Notes: a model not told the origin generated them from the letters alone. 64,000 bases of DNA from Nitrospirota bacterium (GCA_963840455.1 CAWIYV010000014.1:480001-544000), one strand, 5' to 3'. Positions 38,209 to 48,377 are shown, counted from the stretch's first letter. Made by a program: numbers and translations.

Positions 38209-39315
38209 CTATTGCTCAGGAACATATCTGGTCTTGATCAGGACGAGCGCGCCGATGATCGTTCCGCAGATATTGCAGACGAGGTCGGTCGCGGATGAGT
38301 TCCTCATGGGAAGGTAGGCCTGCGTAACTTCTATGGCCAGGCTGAATGCGGTTCCCGCAGTAACGGTAGCAAGCACGACGTGCCTTGCAGAAAGCGAACT
38401 AGTCCCCCGCAGCAGAAAAGAGAAAAAGAAACCGAAGGGAACAAAGCCCGCAATATTGATGAAGATATCCTCGGCGTCCGGCAATAATCGCCAACCCCGT
38501 TCCCAGGGAAGTTCGAGCATGGTGCGGTGGACCGGCTGAAAAGCATGGGTGACCACAAGGTCCGGCAGTGGTCCTGAGCGGTTGACGGCGAGCGGGGCAT
38601 CGCGTCGGTCGAAATCGTATTCCGCAATGACGCCCTGTTCAATCACTGGGGGACGAATGCCGATCTTCGGCCATCCGCGCGCATGCAGCCGTACTTCGTG
38701 GTCCTGCAGCGCACGGTCATAGATCCGCAGGCCCAGAAGATCGCCGCTCCAGAAGGACCGTCCGGGGTGTGCATTGCCGATCACGAGGTATCCTGTAAGT
38801 CGGACCGCACCGGGGAGGAGAGAATGCCGGGGGAAGGTCCGAGCACGGTCGCCGTCCAGGAAGACGGCCGTCTCCTGTTCCGATGCTGTCACCGTGATCA
38901 GGCGGGTCCGGTCTTGATGCAGAGCATTGGCAACGCCGATCTCTCGGTAGCGCTTCGATGGGGGGGATGATCTTTCAGGCCTCCGTATGATCAAGGTCGA
39001 CTTCCACTGGCCGATAAAGAGGTATTCAATGCCGCTGACATCACAGATGGAGACCATGGCAGGAACGTCCTTAAGTGGTTCCTGATGGGGACGGACCAGT
39101 ATCTCGAGACTAAATGACCTGTTCCGGAACAAGGTGTCGGAAAAGGAGAACGGTTCCCGGGAGCGTGCGTTTCCGACACCCGCCAGGCGGAGCCCATTTT
39201 CCTCGCGGAGCAGCATCACCCCGTTGTCCGGATGGAAATCAAAGGGCCAGAGGCCGGCGACAACAAAGACTCCGCAGAGGAGTAGAAGGATCGTTATGAG
39301 GGCTTTCCGATTCAT
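38209..39315 (-). CDS. LamG-like domain plus VanZ family membrane protein
   Basis: GLWPFDF N-terminus, LamG-like WSGDLLGLRIYDRAL, VanZ motifs DIFINIAGFVPFGF and SATDLVCNICG. Confidence 0.75.
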   Translation of the reverse strand: MNRKALITILLLLCGVFVVAGLWPFDFHPDNGVMLLREENGLRLAGVGNARSREPFSFSDTLFRNRSFSLEILVRPHQEPLKDVPAMVSICDVSGIEYLFIGQWKSTLIIRRPERSSPPSKRYREIGVANALHQDRTRLITVTASEQETAVFLDGDRARTFPRHSLLPGAVRLTGYLVIGNAHPGRSFWSGDLLGLRIYDRALQDHEVRLHARGWPKIGIRPPVIEQGVIAEYDFDRRDAPLAVNRSGPLPDLVVTHAFQPVHRTMLELPWERGWRLLPDAEDIFINIAGFVPFGFFFSFLLRGTSSLSARHVVLATVTAGTAFSLAIEVTQAYLPMRNSSATDLVCNICGTIIGALVLIKTRYVPEQ

Positions 39316-39607
39316 ATTGGTCGCGAGCTTGTCGTTGACACCACGGCATCAGAAATCGGACGGTGAGGGAAGAACATATCTGGCTGATATACAGGAAGAA
39401 GTTCTTGCCCGAAAAATATATCATAAAATCAATGATACAAACAGCATTAAGTGCTTGTCTGAGGACGTATGATAATTATTCCTTGCAAGCAAGGCGCCCA
39501 TAGAACTCGCGGTCTCGAATGGTGGGGTGGAAGGATTTCGTTGGTATGTACCATCGGAGTCTGTTAGAATGGCGCAATCTGCAGCTGAAAACTATCGACT
39601 CCCAAAG

Positions 39608-40078
39608 ATGAACTTCATGCAAAAATTCAAATATTGGATCCCGGTCATCATGACGATGGTATGCATCTATTGGATGTCAACCGATACTCTCTCCTCGCGA
39701 AGTACCATGCATATCATCGAGCCGATACTCCGTTTCTTTGCGCCGTCCCTTTCACGAAAAGAGATCTTCATGATCCACGGCGTTATCCGGAAGGCTGCCC
39801 ATGTGATCGTGTATCTCATCCTCGGGATATTGCTGTTCCGGGCGTTCCGGGCCGGCTCACACGAGCGGCGTTGGTGGCGATGGGTAAGCTCTTCTCTGGC
39901 AGTTGTTGTGCTGTACGCGATGACCGACGAGTTTCACCAGCTGTATGTCTCCGTGAGAACGGCTTCTCTTGTCGATGTCGGCCTTGATACCTTCGGCGGT
40001 TTGCTTGCTCAGCTTGTCAGCGTAATCTATTACGATCGACGGCGGCGGGAAGAACAGCACTTCGAAAACGCACCCTGA
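39608..40078 (+). CDS. VanZ family protein
   Basis: IRKAAHV..Y, YAMTDEFHQLYV..RTAS..DV..D motifs. Confidence 0.85.
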   Translation: MNFMQKFKYWIPVIMTMVCIYWMSTDTLSSRSTMHIIEPILRFFAPSLSRKEIFMIHGVIRKAAHVIVYLILGILLFRAFRAGSHERRWWRWVSSSLAVVVLYAMTDEFHQLYVSVRTASLVDVGLDTFGGLLAQLVSVIYYDRRRREEQHFENAP

Positions 40079-40194
40079 AGAGTGCGGCTGCTCGCTTGAG
40101 CCTGCGAGAATCGCTCCTCTTAGTTCTTCTTCCGCGGCTCGGGAAAACAGACCGGACAATAAGGTTCGCCCTCGTCCAGAGGGCAGACGTGCCC

Positions 40195-41235
40195 TCACTC
40201 GGGACAGCAGATGCAGTCCCTGATCGGGAGCTTGCAGACGGGGCAGAGAGAATCCTTCTCCTCGGCCATTTTAACCATTCTACCGGTAACCAGCACTGTA
40301 TTCCCAAGATCCTTGACCGTCATTTTCTTGAACCCGACCTTCGCGAGCCAGCCCTTCATCTCCTTCGGCGTGTAGCTCCTGCCACCAGCAGTGTTCACCA
40401 GCATGTTCACGGAGAACAGCGCGCCGGGCACCGGCGATGCATGATTCTCGTTCAGCTTGAACTCATGGATCGCGATCTGCCCTCCTGGTGAAAGCGCTTT
40501 GAACACCTTGTTGAGCAGTGCGAGATTCTCGATTGGGCTGTGGGAGTGAAGCACCTGGCTCAGAAGCGCCAGGTCGTAGCCGCTGCCGATCTCGTCGAAA
40601 TGGAAGTCTCCGCCACGGAACGCGATGCCCGTCGCACCGGAGCGTCGGATCAGGTCCTGTGCGACCTCGAGGGTGTCGGGAAGGTCGAATAGGGTGACGA
40701 GGATGCCTTTCTTCGCCAGCTCGATGCCATAGGTGCCTGGTCCGCCGCCCAGGTCCAGCGCTTTTTTCACTCCGCGCAGATCGAGCGCCATGATGACATC
40801 CCTGGCACGCATCATGGCATTGTTGTGCATGGCTTTGATGAACACATCGTGGTCCCTGGTTCCGGCGCGGTTCGGCATACCCGTCCTGACGACCGCTTCG
40901 AGGCCGGACCAGTTCTTCCAGAGCGTGTCCGCGTGCCGCAGCATGTCACCCTGGTACCAGGGGCTGTCCGGGAGGAGGAAGCGCCTTGCCGGGGGAGCGA
41001 GCCGGTAGGTCCTGCCTGACTTCCTGAGCAGTCCCAATGAGGCGACCGCATCGAGCAGGATCTCCGTTGCCCGGGGGTCGGTCTTGAGGACACTGGCCAG
41101 ATCATCAGCGGTGCGGCCCTTCCCGATGTTTTCGAATACCCGAAGATTGTTCGCCGTAAGGATGACCCGCGAGGCGCGGAACCCGCCCCAGAGGCGGGTG
41201 AACTCCATTACTTCCCTGTTCATCGCACTCTCCAT
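40195..41235 (-). CDS. Class I SAM-dependent O-methyltransferase with dimerisation domain
   Basis: LDLGGGPG, FDLP, GDF and LSQVLH motifs; Cys-rich tail CPVC...CICC. Confidence 0.88.
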   Translation of the reverse strand: MESAMNREVMEFTRLWGGFRASRVILTANNLRVFENIGKGRTADDLASVLKTDPRATEILLDAVASLGLLRKSGRTYRLAPPARRFLLPDSPWYQGDMLRHADTLWKNWSGLEAVVRTGMPNRAGTRDHDVFIKAMHNNAMMRARDVIMALDLRGVKKALDLGGGPGTYGIELAKKGILVTLFDLPDTLEVAQDLIRRSGATGIAFRGGDFHFDEIGSGYDLALLSQVLHSHSPIENLALLNKVFKALSPGGQIAIHEFKLNENHASPVPGALFSVNMLVNTAGGRSYTPKEMKGWLAKVGFKKMTVKDLGNTVLVTGRMVKMAEEKDSLCPVCKLPIRDCICCPE

Positions 41236-41236
41236 A

Positions 41237-41641
41237 TCATTCTCCTTTCATCGCGCAGGAGAGCCGGCCCATCACGCCCAGGGAGGCTGACAGCGCCCGC
41301 GCCTTCTTCTGCGGTCCTTCCGCAAGGGCCTGGAGAAGCGGTTCGCAGAAGTACCACGTGCATTTCCACGCCCGCTGCCACCGAGGCTTCTCGCATCCCG
41401 AAGCTCCCATGAACTGGCAGGACCCGTCCACTGGCCGGGACGGGTCATGGGGCGGGACCTCCTCACCCAGTGCAGCCAGATAGGCACGGTCATCCTCCGT
41501 GAACAGGCCATGGCGCTGTTTGCAGCAGACCTCGGTGCAGGAGGGGCAGATCTGCCGGGTGTATTCCTCGATGAGCGGCGAACTTTCGATAAGGAGCTGC
41601 TTCAGGCGGCGGGCTGTTTCGGCGGATGAGGAGAGCGTCAT
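41237..41641 (-). CDS. Cys-rich hypothetical protein (CxxCxxxCC, putative Fe-S/Zn)
   Basis: CPSCTEVCC...CQFMGASGC...CTWYFC. Confidence 0.7.
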   Translation of the reverse strand: MTLSSSAETARRLKQLLIESSPLIEEYTRQICPSCTEVCCKQRHGLFTEDDRAYLAALGEEVPPHDPSRPVDGSCQFMGASGCEKPRWQRAWKCTWYFCEPLLQALAEGPQKKARALSASLGVMGRLSCAMKGE

Positions 41642-41649
41642 AAGGCAGC

Positions 41650-42501
41650 CTACCGTATAATAAGGGTGTCCACGGAGATCAGGATCATTACTGCTGCGAT
41701 AAAAACGTTGATCAGCGGGAAAGCGGCCCGAGGCAGTGATGGTCTGCGCAGCAGCCCGCCTGTACCGAGGGACGACAGCAGCGCTGACAGAAGGAGCAAC
41801 CCGTAGAGCAGCGGAGTGCGTACCATGCCGAAGAGCGGCAGGAGAAGGCTCGCTGCCGCCGCTGCTGCGGTCCAGAGAACAATGATCCCTGAAAGAAGCT
41901 CGCGGGGGAACACCTTCGTGAGTGTCGGCAGTCCGGCCCGTCCGTAGTCGTCAGCTGACCGGAGCAGGAGCAGCCAGAAGTGAGGGACCTGCCAGAGGAA
42001 GAACAACATGGCGACAACGGCAAGGCGGGGGTCAGTGATGCTGCCGCCTCCTGCCGCCCAGCCGATGGCGGGCGCGGCCATGCCGACCGGAGCGCCATAG
42101 ACCGCGGCAAAAGCGGTCTTCCGCTTGAGCCAGGTATAGAGGCCGTTGTACCAGGCCATCGCAAGGACGCCGAGGACAAAGGGCAGCGGTCCGGAGCGGC
42201 CGAGGAGGACGAGACCGGCGAGCATCGCTGTGAACGACGCGATGAGCGCATTGCACGGAGTCAGCAGGCGGGCAGGCAGGGGACGGTACCGGGTGCGCTC
42301 CATCAGTGCATCGATGTCACGTTCCTGGACCTGGTTCAGCGCCGAGGCGCCGCAGGCAAGCAGAAAGACGCCTGCGGCGGTCAAGAAAATGTCCGCTGTT
42401 ATGACAGGCGAAGCCACGATCTGGCCCATGACGGCAGAGCCGGTCACGAATAGCGCGACCGGCAACCGGAAAAGAGTTCGATATGAGGCGAGGGGCGTCA
42501 T
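41650..42501 (-). CDS. ctaB: Protoheme IX farnesyltransferase
   Basis: LNQVQERDIDALMERTRYRPLP, YTWLKRKT and WQVPHFW motifs. Confidence 0.92.
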   Translation of the reverse strand: MTPLASYRTLFRLPVALFVTGSAVMGQIVASPVITADIFLTAAGVFLLACGASALNQVQERDIDALMERTRYRPLPARLLTPCNALIASFTAMLAGLVLLGRSGPLPFVLGVLAMAWYNGLYTWLKRKTAFAAVYGAPVGMAAPAIGWAAGGGSITDPRLAVVAMLFFLWQVPHFWLLLLRSADDYGRAGLPTLTKVFPRELLSGIIVLWTAAAAAASLLLPLFGMVRTPLLYGLLLLSALLSSLGTGGLLRRPSLPRAAFPLINVFIAAVMILISVDTLIIR

Positions 42502-42539
42502 GATCTCACCCAACTGGACAGAAGCTTGAGATTCCTCAC

Positions 42540-42639
42540 GCCACAGAGACAGCCGAGGACGCCGAGAGAAGCCGGACACCTTTTAGCAGGTATTTCTTAG
42601 CTCTCTCTGCCAGTGGCCTGCGGTCATGACCTCTGTGGC
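42540..42639. repeat. Empty inverted-arm element, gccacagag variant (copy D)
   Basis: gccacagagacagccgaggacgccgag ... ctctctgcc...gacctctgtggc. Confidence 0.6.
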
Positions 42640-42663
42640 AAGAATGGTTTGATGTACTGTGCG

Positions 42664-43611
42664 TCACTTCAGGGTTTTCAGATACTCGATGATCGCATTG
42701 ATCTCGGCGTCCGTGAGCAGGCCCTTTTGCGATGGCATGATGGGCGGAAAGCCCTTGATTCGCGCCTCCTCCGGCTCCAGGAGCTTGTGATGGATGAATG
42801 CCTCGTCCGCGACGGCCTCGGTCTCCTTTCCCGCGCGGATCACGGCCTCTTTTTTCCCGAAGAGCCCTTTGAAGGTCGGCCCGATCTTGGGAGAGCCGTC
42901 TATACTGTGGCATCCCAGACATCCTTTCTCCTGAACGAGGCGGGAGCCGCTCGGGGCAGGAGATGGCCCCTTCGCTGCCGTACCGGCGGCCTTCTCTCCC
43001 TCGCGGTACCAGCTGTCAAAGGCCGCTGCTTGCACGACCTCCACTTTCGTTATCATTGACGAATGTCCCATGCCGCAGTATTCGGTGCAGAAAATGTCGT
43101 AGGTCCCTACCTGGTCCGGCCGGAACCAGAGATAGGTCTCCCGGCCGGGAACTGCGTCCTCTTTCACGCGGAACGCCGGTATGAAGAGGCTGTGGAGCAC
43201 ATCGAGCGAATTGATCGTGAGCTTCACCGGCCTGCCGAGGGGGAGTTTCAGGACGTCGGAATGAGCGCCGTTCCCGTATTCAAATCCCCAGGACCACATG
43301 CGCGCCGTCACCTTCACGACCATGGCATCCTTCGGGACCGTGCGCATGTAAACAAAGCCCTTCCAGCCGACCCAGAAGATCGCCATCACCAGAATCAGCG
43401 GAATGGCCGTCCAGACGATCTCGAGCGCCAGGTTCCCCTCAATGTTCTCCGGTCTAGGGTTCCTGCGCCGGTTGTACCGTACTACGAAATAGAGCATCAC
43501 GCCGGTGGTGCCGGCCAGTAAAATGACCGATATCGTCATGATGAACAGAAAGACGCTGTCTACGGAGCTCGATAGATTTGTCCAGCCGTGCACCATAATT
43601 ACCTCATTCAA
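42664..43611 (-). CDS. coxB: Cytochrome c oxidase subunit II with fused cytochrome c
   Basis: LEIVWTAIP, DVLHS, CuA motif CTEYCGMGHSSM, C-terminal CLGCH. Confidence 0.95.
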   Translation of the reverse strand: MNEVIMVHGWTNLSSSVDSVFLFIMTISVILLAGTTGVMLYFVVRYNRRRNPRPENIEGNLALEIVWTAIPLILVMAIFWVGWKGFVYMRTVPKDAMVVKVTARMWSWGFEYGNGAHSDVLKLPLGRPVKLTINSLDVLHSLFIPAFRVKEDAVPGRETYLWFRPDQVGTYDIFCTEYCGMGHSSMITKVEVVQAAAFDSWYREGEKAAGTAAKGPSPAPSGSRLVQEKGCLGCHSIDGSPKIGPTFKGLFGKKEAVIRAGKETEAVADEAFIHHKLLEPEEARIKGFPPIMPSQKGLLTDAEINAIIEYLKTLK

Positions 43612-43677
43612 AATTCAGAATCATAATTCAATATTGCTTCACGAAGAAATATTCCCTGTCGAATCTTGAATTTTCTC

Positions 43678-43962
43678 TTACCGATACCAGATATCGAAGA
43701 ACGTGAGCCCGATGATGACCGCAAGGGTCACAATGGGCGCGAGGAACAGGCCTTTGAAGAGCCGGGACTCGTACTTGAGGTGCATGAAGAACCAGAGCAC
43801 CAGTCCTGCCTTGAGCGACGCGATCACAAGCGCGGTCAGCGTGCTGAACCTGCCGAGATGCAGCTCTGCCACCGTTACGGTGATCGCCGTAAGCGCGAGC
43901 AGCGCGAGCCAGACTTTAATGAAGGTCTTTTGCGGGACTATGTGAGCTTCCGGTTCTTTCAT
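43678..43962 (-). CDS. Cytochrome c oxidase subunit IV
   Basis: LLALTAITV, IASLKAGLVLWFFMHLKYE motif. Confidence 0.88.
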   Translation of the reverse strand: MKEPEAHIVPQKTFIKVWLALLALTAITVTVAELHLGRFSTLTALVIASLKAGLVLWFFMHLKYESRLFKGLFLAPIVTLAVIIGLTFFDIWYR

Positions 43963-44019
43963 ATGTTCAGTTGATCTTGTATGCTGAGCCTTAAACGTTG
44001 AACCTTCAACCTCTTTCCC

Positions 44020-44301
44020 CTACCTCAACGGCTCACCGCAGTGCCGGCAATGCGTCGGTGTAAGGATCGACCAAGTGAACAGCTCCATGCCGAGAAACTT
44101 CCGCGGCCTGAGCAGAACGGGCATCCGGCACTTTGGGCAGCGCATGAGGAATGCCACCAGGATGTAGCACACCAGGCTGGCCATGAAGAACCCGATGACC
44201 ATCAGGTGGCCCGCCTGGAAGCCCCAGACGCCCGAGCCGAGCAGCAGGAAGACAATGAACCAGACGATCAGGACGACCTTGTGCTTTGCTCTGCGGCCCA
44301 T
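44020..44301 (-). CDS. Small membrane protein with a Zn-ribbon-like domain
   Basis: 2 TM segments, then CPKC and CRHCG; sits within the cox operon. Confidence 0.65.
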   Translation of the reverse strand: MGRRAKHKVVLIVWFIVFLLLGSGVWGFQAGHLMVIGFFMASLVCYILVAFLMRCPKCRMPVLLRPRKFLGMELFTWSILTPTHCRHCGEPLR

Positions 44302-44309
44302 GCGCTTTC

Positions 44310-44924
44310 CTACGTGATCAGATAGAACAGCGGGAACAGATAGATCCAGATCAAATCCACGAGGTGCCAGTAGAGTCCGGCGTTCTCCAGTTTGACTTGG
44401 TCACTACCCGTGATCTGCCGCCTGACAGTCTGTGTCAGCATGATCCCGATGAGGACGAGGCCTGCCACGACATGAAGCCCGTGAAGACCGGTCATGACAT
44501 AGTAGAGACCGTAGAACAATATCTGTCCATGGCCGCGCGCGAGCAGTTCCGGCGCGTTCGGATAGATACCCTCGTGAATATGGCCGCTCCACTCGAAGTA
44601 CTTGTTCACGAGGAAAACGAGGCCCAGGACCATCGTCGCCGCCTGGAACTGGATCGAGCCCCGCGTGTTCCCGCTCTGGAGCGCCGTGATCGCCAGTGCC
44701 ATGGTCAGGCTGCTCGTGAGCAGGATCACCGTGTTGGCCGTGCCAAGGACCACGCTGAGCCCTGCTGCCGCGGCATGGAACTCTGCAGCGTTAACATAGC
44801 GGTAGACCGCGTACACGAGGAAGAGCCCGCCGAAGAGCAGGATCTCGGTGAACAGGAAGAACCACATGCCGAGCTTGGAGCCGGTGTAGTCGCGATGTTC
44901 GGTATTTGCAAGTTCGGTCGTCAT
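44310..44924 (-). CDS. coxC: Cytochrome c oxidase subunit III
   Basis: GMWFFLFTEILLFGGLF, TGLHGLHV and GLYWHLVDLIW motifs. Confidence 0.95.
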   Translation of the reverse strand: MTTELANTEHRDYTGSKLGMWFFLFTEILLFGGLFLVYAVYRYVNAAEFHAAAAGLSVVLGTANTVILLTSSLTMALAITALQSGNTRGSIQFQAATMVLGLVFLVNKYFEWSGHIHEGIYPNAPELLARGHGQILFYGLYYVMTGLHGLHVVAGLVLIGIMLTQTVRRQITGSDQVKLENAGLYWHLVDLIWIYLFPLFYLIT

Positions 44925-45084
44925 AGGGTCGAGGCAAGAGAGATGAAAAGGCATTCAACGCATACAAAAGCTGATCAATTACGATGAACGCTGAGATCCT
45001 GTTCTGGCCTTCATGCTAGGTAAATATCATGGCTCTCTGCAGCGATCGACAGCGTCGAATGCATGTCGTCTATTGCATGCACGG

Positions 45085-46671
45085 TCACTTGTAGCTATAT
45101 GGCCCTGTCGTGACCTCGGGCACTTTCTCGAAGTTCTCCGTGGGCGGCGGAGATGATGTCTGCCACTCCAGCGTAGTTCCGCCCCAGGGATTGTTCCCCA
45201 CGCGCGTACCGCTGCGCATGGACCGGAGCAGGTTCACGAGCATGAGGATGATACCCGTGGCAAGGATCCAGGAGCCGATGGTCGAGATGAGGTGGCCGGT
45301 GTGGTACTTCGGCAGGTAGTCGTAGTACCGCCGGGGCATGCCCTCCCAGCCGAGGACGAACATGGGGAAGTAGAGCGTATTGAACCCTATGAACAGGAAG
45401 GCGCAGGCGATCCTCGCCCGTTTCTCATTGTACATCCTGCCCCAGATCTTGGGGAACCAGTAGTGCAGTCCGGCGAAGAAGGCGAAGACCGTGCCGCCAA
45501 ACATAACGTAGTGGAAGTGGGCCACGATGAAGTAAGTGCCGTGGACCTGCACGTTCGTAGCAAGCGCCCCCTGGAGAAGCCCCGTCAGCCCTCCGATGGA
45601 GAAGAGAAAGATGAAACAGAGGGTGAAGAGCAGGGGCGCGTCCACCTGGATGGAGCCTTTGTACATACTGGCAATCCAGTTGAAGATCTTGATGCCGCTC
45701 GGGATCGCCACGAGGAAGGTGAGGAGCGAGAAGATCATCCGCGCTTCGTCGCTCATGCCGCTGGTGAACATGTGGTGGCCCCAGACGAGGTAGCCGAAGA
45801 GCGCGATGCCCAGGCTGGAGAATGCGATGGCCTTGTACCCGAAGATTGTGCGGCGACTGAAGACAGGGATGATCTCGGTGACGACGCCCATGCCCGGCAG
45901 GATCATGATGTAGACAGCCGGATGCGAGTAGATCCAGAAGAGATGCTCGAAAAGGATGGGGTCTCCGCCCTTGGCGGGATCGAAGAAACCGATGCCGAAG
46001 GAGCGTTCGAGGATGATCATTACGAGCGTGATGGCAATGATCGGCGTCGCCAGAAGTTGGACCCACGCCGTGGCGTAAAGTGACCAGGCGAAGAGCGGCA
46101 TGCGGAACCACGTCATGCCGGGCGCCCGCATGCGATGGATCGTGGTAAGGAAGTTAAGCCCCGTGAGCGTGGACGAGATGCCGAGAAGGAACACGCCGAA
46201 CACAGCCAGGGAAACGTTGGTGCCGGTGCGGACGCTGTAGGGAACATAGAAGGTCCAGCCCGTGTCCGGCGGACCGCCGCCGGTGAAGAGCGAGGTGATG
46301 ACAACCGCGGCGCCGGTGATGTAAAACCACCACGACAGGAGATTGATCCGAGGGAAGGCAACGTCTTGCGCGCCGAGTTGGAGCGGCAGCAGGAAGTTGC
46401 CGAGCGCAGCCGGGATGCCGGGGATGATGAAGAGGAAAATCATGATCACGCCATGGAGGGTGAACAGTGCGTTGTAGGTCTGCGCCGAGATGAAGTGCGT
46501 ACCGGGAGCGATGAGCTCGAAGCGCATGGTGAGGCCGAGCGTCATGCCCGTCAGAAAGAACGTGAAGATGCAGGCAAGGTACAGGAGGCCGATCCGCTTG
46601 TGGTCCGTGGAGAATATCCATGCGCGGATGCCAGTGTATTTTCCCGGAGTATCGTAGAAGCTGGTTTCCAT
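45085..46671 (-). CDS. coxA: Cytochrome c oxidase subunit I, type A2
   Basis: DHKRIG, HGVIMIF, GWTFY, WIYSHPAVY (YS motif), WGHHMF and AHFHYV motifs. Confidence 0.97.
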   Translation of the reverse strand: METSFYDTPGKYTGIRAWIFSTDHKRIGLLYLACIFTFFLTGMTLGLTMRFELIAPGTHFISAQTYNALFTLHGVIMIFLFIIPGIPAALGNFLLPLQLGAQDVAFPRINLLSWWFYITGAAVVITSLFTGGGPPDTGWTFYVPYSVRTGTNVSLAVFGVFLLGISSTLTGLNFLTTIHRMRAPGMTWFRMPLFAWSLYATAWVQLLATPIIAITLVMIILERSFGIGFFDPAKGGDPILFEHLFWIYSHPAVYIMILPGMGVVTEIIPVFSRRTIFGYKAIAFSSLGIALFGYLVWGHHMFTSGMSDEARMIFSLLTFLVAIPSGIKIFNWIASMYKGSIQVDAPLLFTLCFIFLFSIGGLTGLLQGALATNVQVHGTYFIVAHFHYVMFGGTVFAFFAGLHYWFPKIWGRMYNEKRARIACAFLFIGFNTLYFPMFVLGWEGMPRRYYDYLPKYHTGHLISTIGSWILATGIILMLVNLLRSMRSGTRVGNNPWGGTTLEWQTSSPPPTENFEKVPEVTTGPYSYK

Positions 46672-46702
46672 AATGAGAGGCCAAAACCCCTTTGCCACAG
46701 GG

Positions 46703-46736
46703 TTGGCAGCCGCAGGCTGAAGCTTGCGGTTGCCAA
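46703..46736. repeat. REP-like palindrome between sco and coxA
   Basis: ttggcagccgcaggc-tgaa-gcttgcggttgccaa hairpin without a T tail. Confidence 0.55.
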
Positions 46737-46745
46737 TCCATTACT

Positions 46746-47540
46746 CTATGCCGAGCCCCGCTTCTTCGTTGTCACCACAAGATAGAGGAAGAACGAGACC
46801 AACGTCAGGATCATCACGGTCCCCACGACCTTCAGGATGTTAAAGACGTAGGACTTCTTGAGCGGGTCGTAGCTGAAGCAATAGTTGAGCACCCTCGCGG
46901 CGGGTGTTCCGGTCCTGCCTTGAGCCGCCTCGGTGATCGCCATCGTGAGCTCGAAGGGCAGGAAGGTCGTTCCGTAGAGATACCGGACGACCTTTCCTCC
47001 CGGCGCGAGGATGATCACGACAACAGGATGGGAGAAGTCCTCTCCGTCGCGCTGGAATGTGAACCCCACGGCATCGGTGAACTTCCTGATGTTGGCGTTG
47101 TCGCCGGTCAGGAACGGCCACGCGTCCGTCGGGAAGGGTCTGCCGACGGCGGCGATGTAGTTCGGCTTCTTTTCCCGCGCCACCTCCGGACCCTCCTGTT
47201 CGTCAAAGCTGAGAGCGACGACACGGAAGTCCTTGCCCGGCTGCACGAGGTCCAGCTTGCCAAGGGTCTCGGCGAGGTTCGTCAGGAGCAGGGGGCAGAC
47301 ATGGGAACAGTGAAGGTAGACCGGTGCGATGATGGTGGGACGGTCCACGAGGCTCCTCAAGTTCACGGGTCTTCCGTTCTCGTCCTTGAGCGAAATATCT
47401 GCTGGGATGACGACCCCGAGTTTCTCGTCCAGCGAGATGTTGGCCGAGGTCGCCGTCGTTTCGTGGGCCGGCGCAGGAGCGGCGGCAACAAGGAGGAACA
47501 AAAGGAGAAGCAGTCTGCGCACGGGAGACCTCCCGGTCAA
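46746..47540 (-). CDS. SCO1/SenC family copper chaperone
   Basis: Signal peptide, CSHVC (CxxxC), WPFLTG, FSHP and a C-terminal TM. Confidence 0.88.
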   Translation of the reverse strand: MTGRSPVRRLLLLLFLLVAAAPAPAHETTATSANISLDEKLGVVIPADISLKDENGRPVNLRSLVDRPTIIAPVYLHCSHVCPLLLTNLAETLGKLDLVQPGKDFRVVALSFDEQEGPEVAREKKPNYIAAVGRPFPTDAWPFLTGDNANIRKFTDAVGFTFQRDGEDFSHPVVVIILAPGGKVVRYLYGTTFLPFELTMAITEAAQGRTGTPAARVLNYCFSYDPLKKSYVFNILKVVGTVMILTLVSFFLYLVVTTKKRGSA

Positions 47541-47951
47541 GGATCAAATACTGCAAGCATGAGGAGCATAGCGCAATCAGCAGTGAAAATCAAGCGGACA
47601 TCTGTAGGGTATGGAGTGGGAGAGCGCAAAAAAACGATTCCCTTTTTTGGGCAGCCCGTTGGTTCTGCTGTGCTAAGCATGCAGGGCACATGTGCTTGTT
47701 TCCGCCATGATCTGGCAAACCCCTGCAGCGCTTCCCCTGCGGACGCGCTGCTTTGGGGTCGGTTCCTGTTCGATCCGTGTAAGGGCATGCGTCACGCACA
47801 GTTGTCGCAGCCGGGCTGCCCTGGGCATGGGGTGAAGCAAGGCTTAAGTCTTTACCCAAACACCGCGCGTCCCTGGAGCGGCCCTACACCCGCGGGGTGC
47901 AGGCGAAATTCCTGGGCACCCGTCTTGGCCTAAGGAAGCGTCCCGACAGGG

Positions 47952-48059
47952 CGAATCCAGGAGCGAGCGCATATCCTAGTCTTATTGGGAATAGCAATTG
48001 AATAGGATAAATATTACACCCTGAGGATCGAAGCTCCATTCAGTAATCTTCTGGGAGCT
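47952..48059 (-). mobile_element. ~112-bp element, degenerate copy, minus strand
   Basis: gaatccaggagcgagcgcat...cctgaggatcgaagctcc...gggagct|TAAA. Confidence 0.65.
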
Positions 48060-48140
48060 TAAACGCGCATGTCCGAGGCCGAAGGCCGAGTTTGTGCGGG
48101 CGGGCGGACGTGGCCTTAGACGGGACAGAAATTTCGTTGT

Positions 48141-48256
48141 CGCCCCCCTGCAGCAAGCTGTAGGGGAACTCCGATCCTCAAGGAAACGATCGTTATTCTA
48201 ATCGCTCGCGGATACCCCGCAACCTGCTGCGGGGAATGCGCTCGCTCCTGGATTTA
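48141..48256 (+). mobile_element. ~112-bp element copy
   Basis: ccctgcagcaagctgtaggg...gatcctcaagg...ttattctaatcgctcgc...gcgctcgctcctggattta. Confidence 0.75.
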
Positions 48257-48377
48257 GGACGCAAAAGGGATGTGCAAAAAAAGAATCTGTTCCTTTGTTC
48301 TGTGTCCTGCGCGACAGCGCGAGCCGGGCAGCAGAAAAAACGAATCTCTGTTTCGGGCGGCTTGGAGCCGGATAAGA

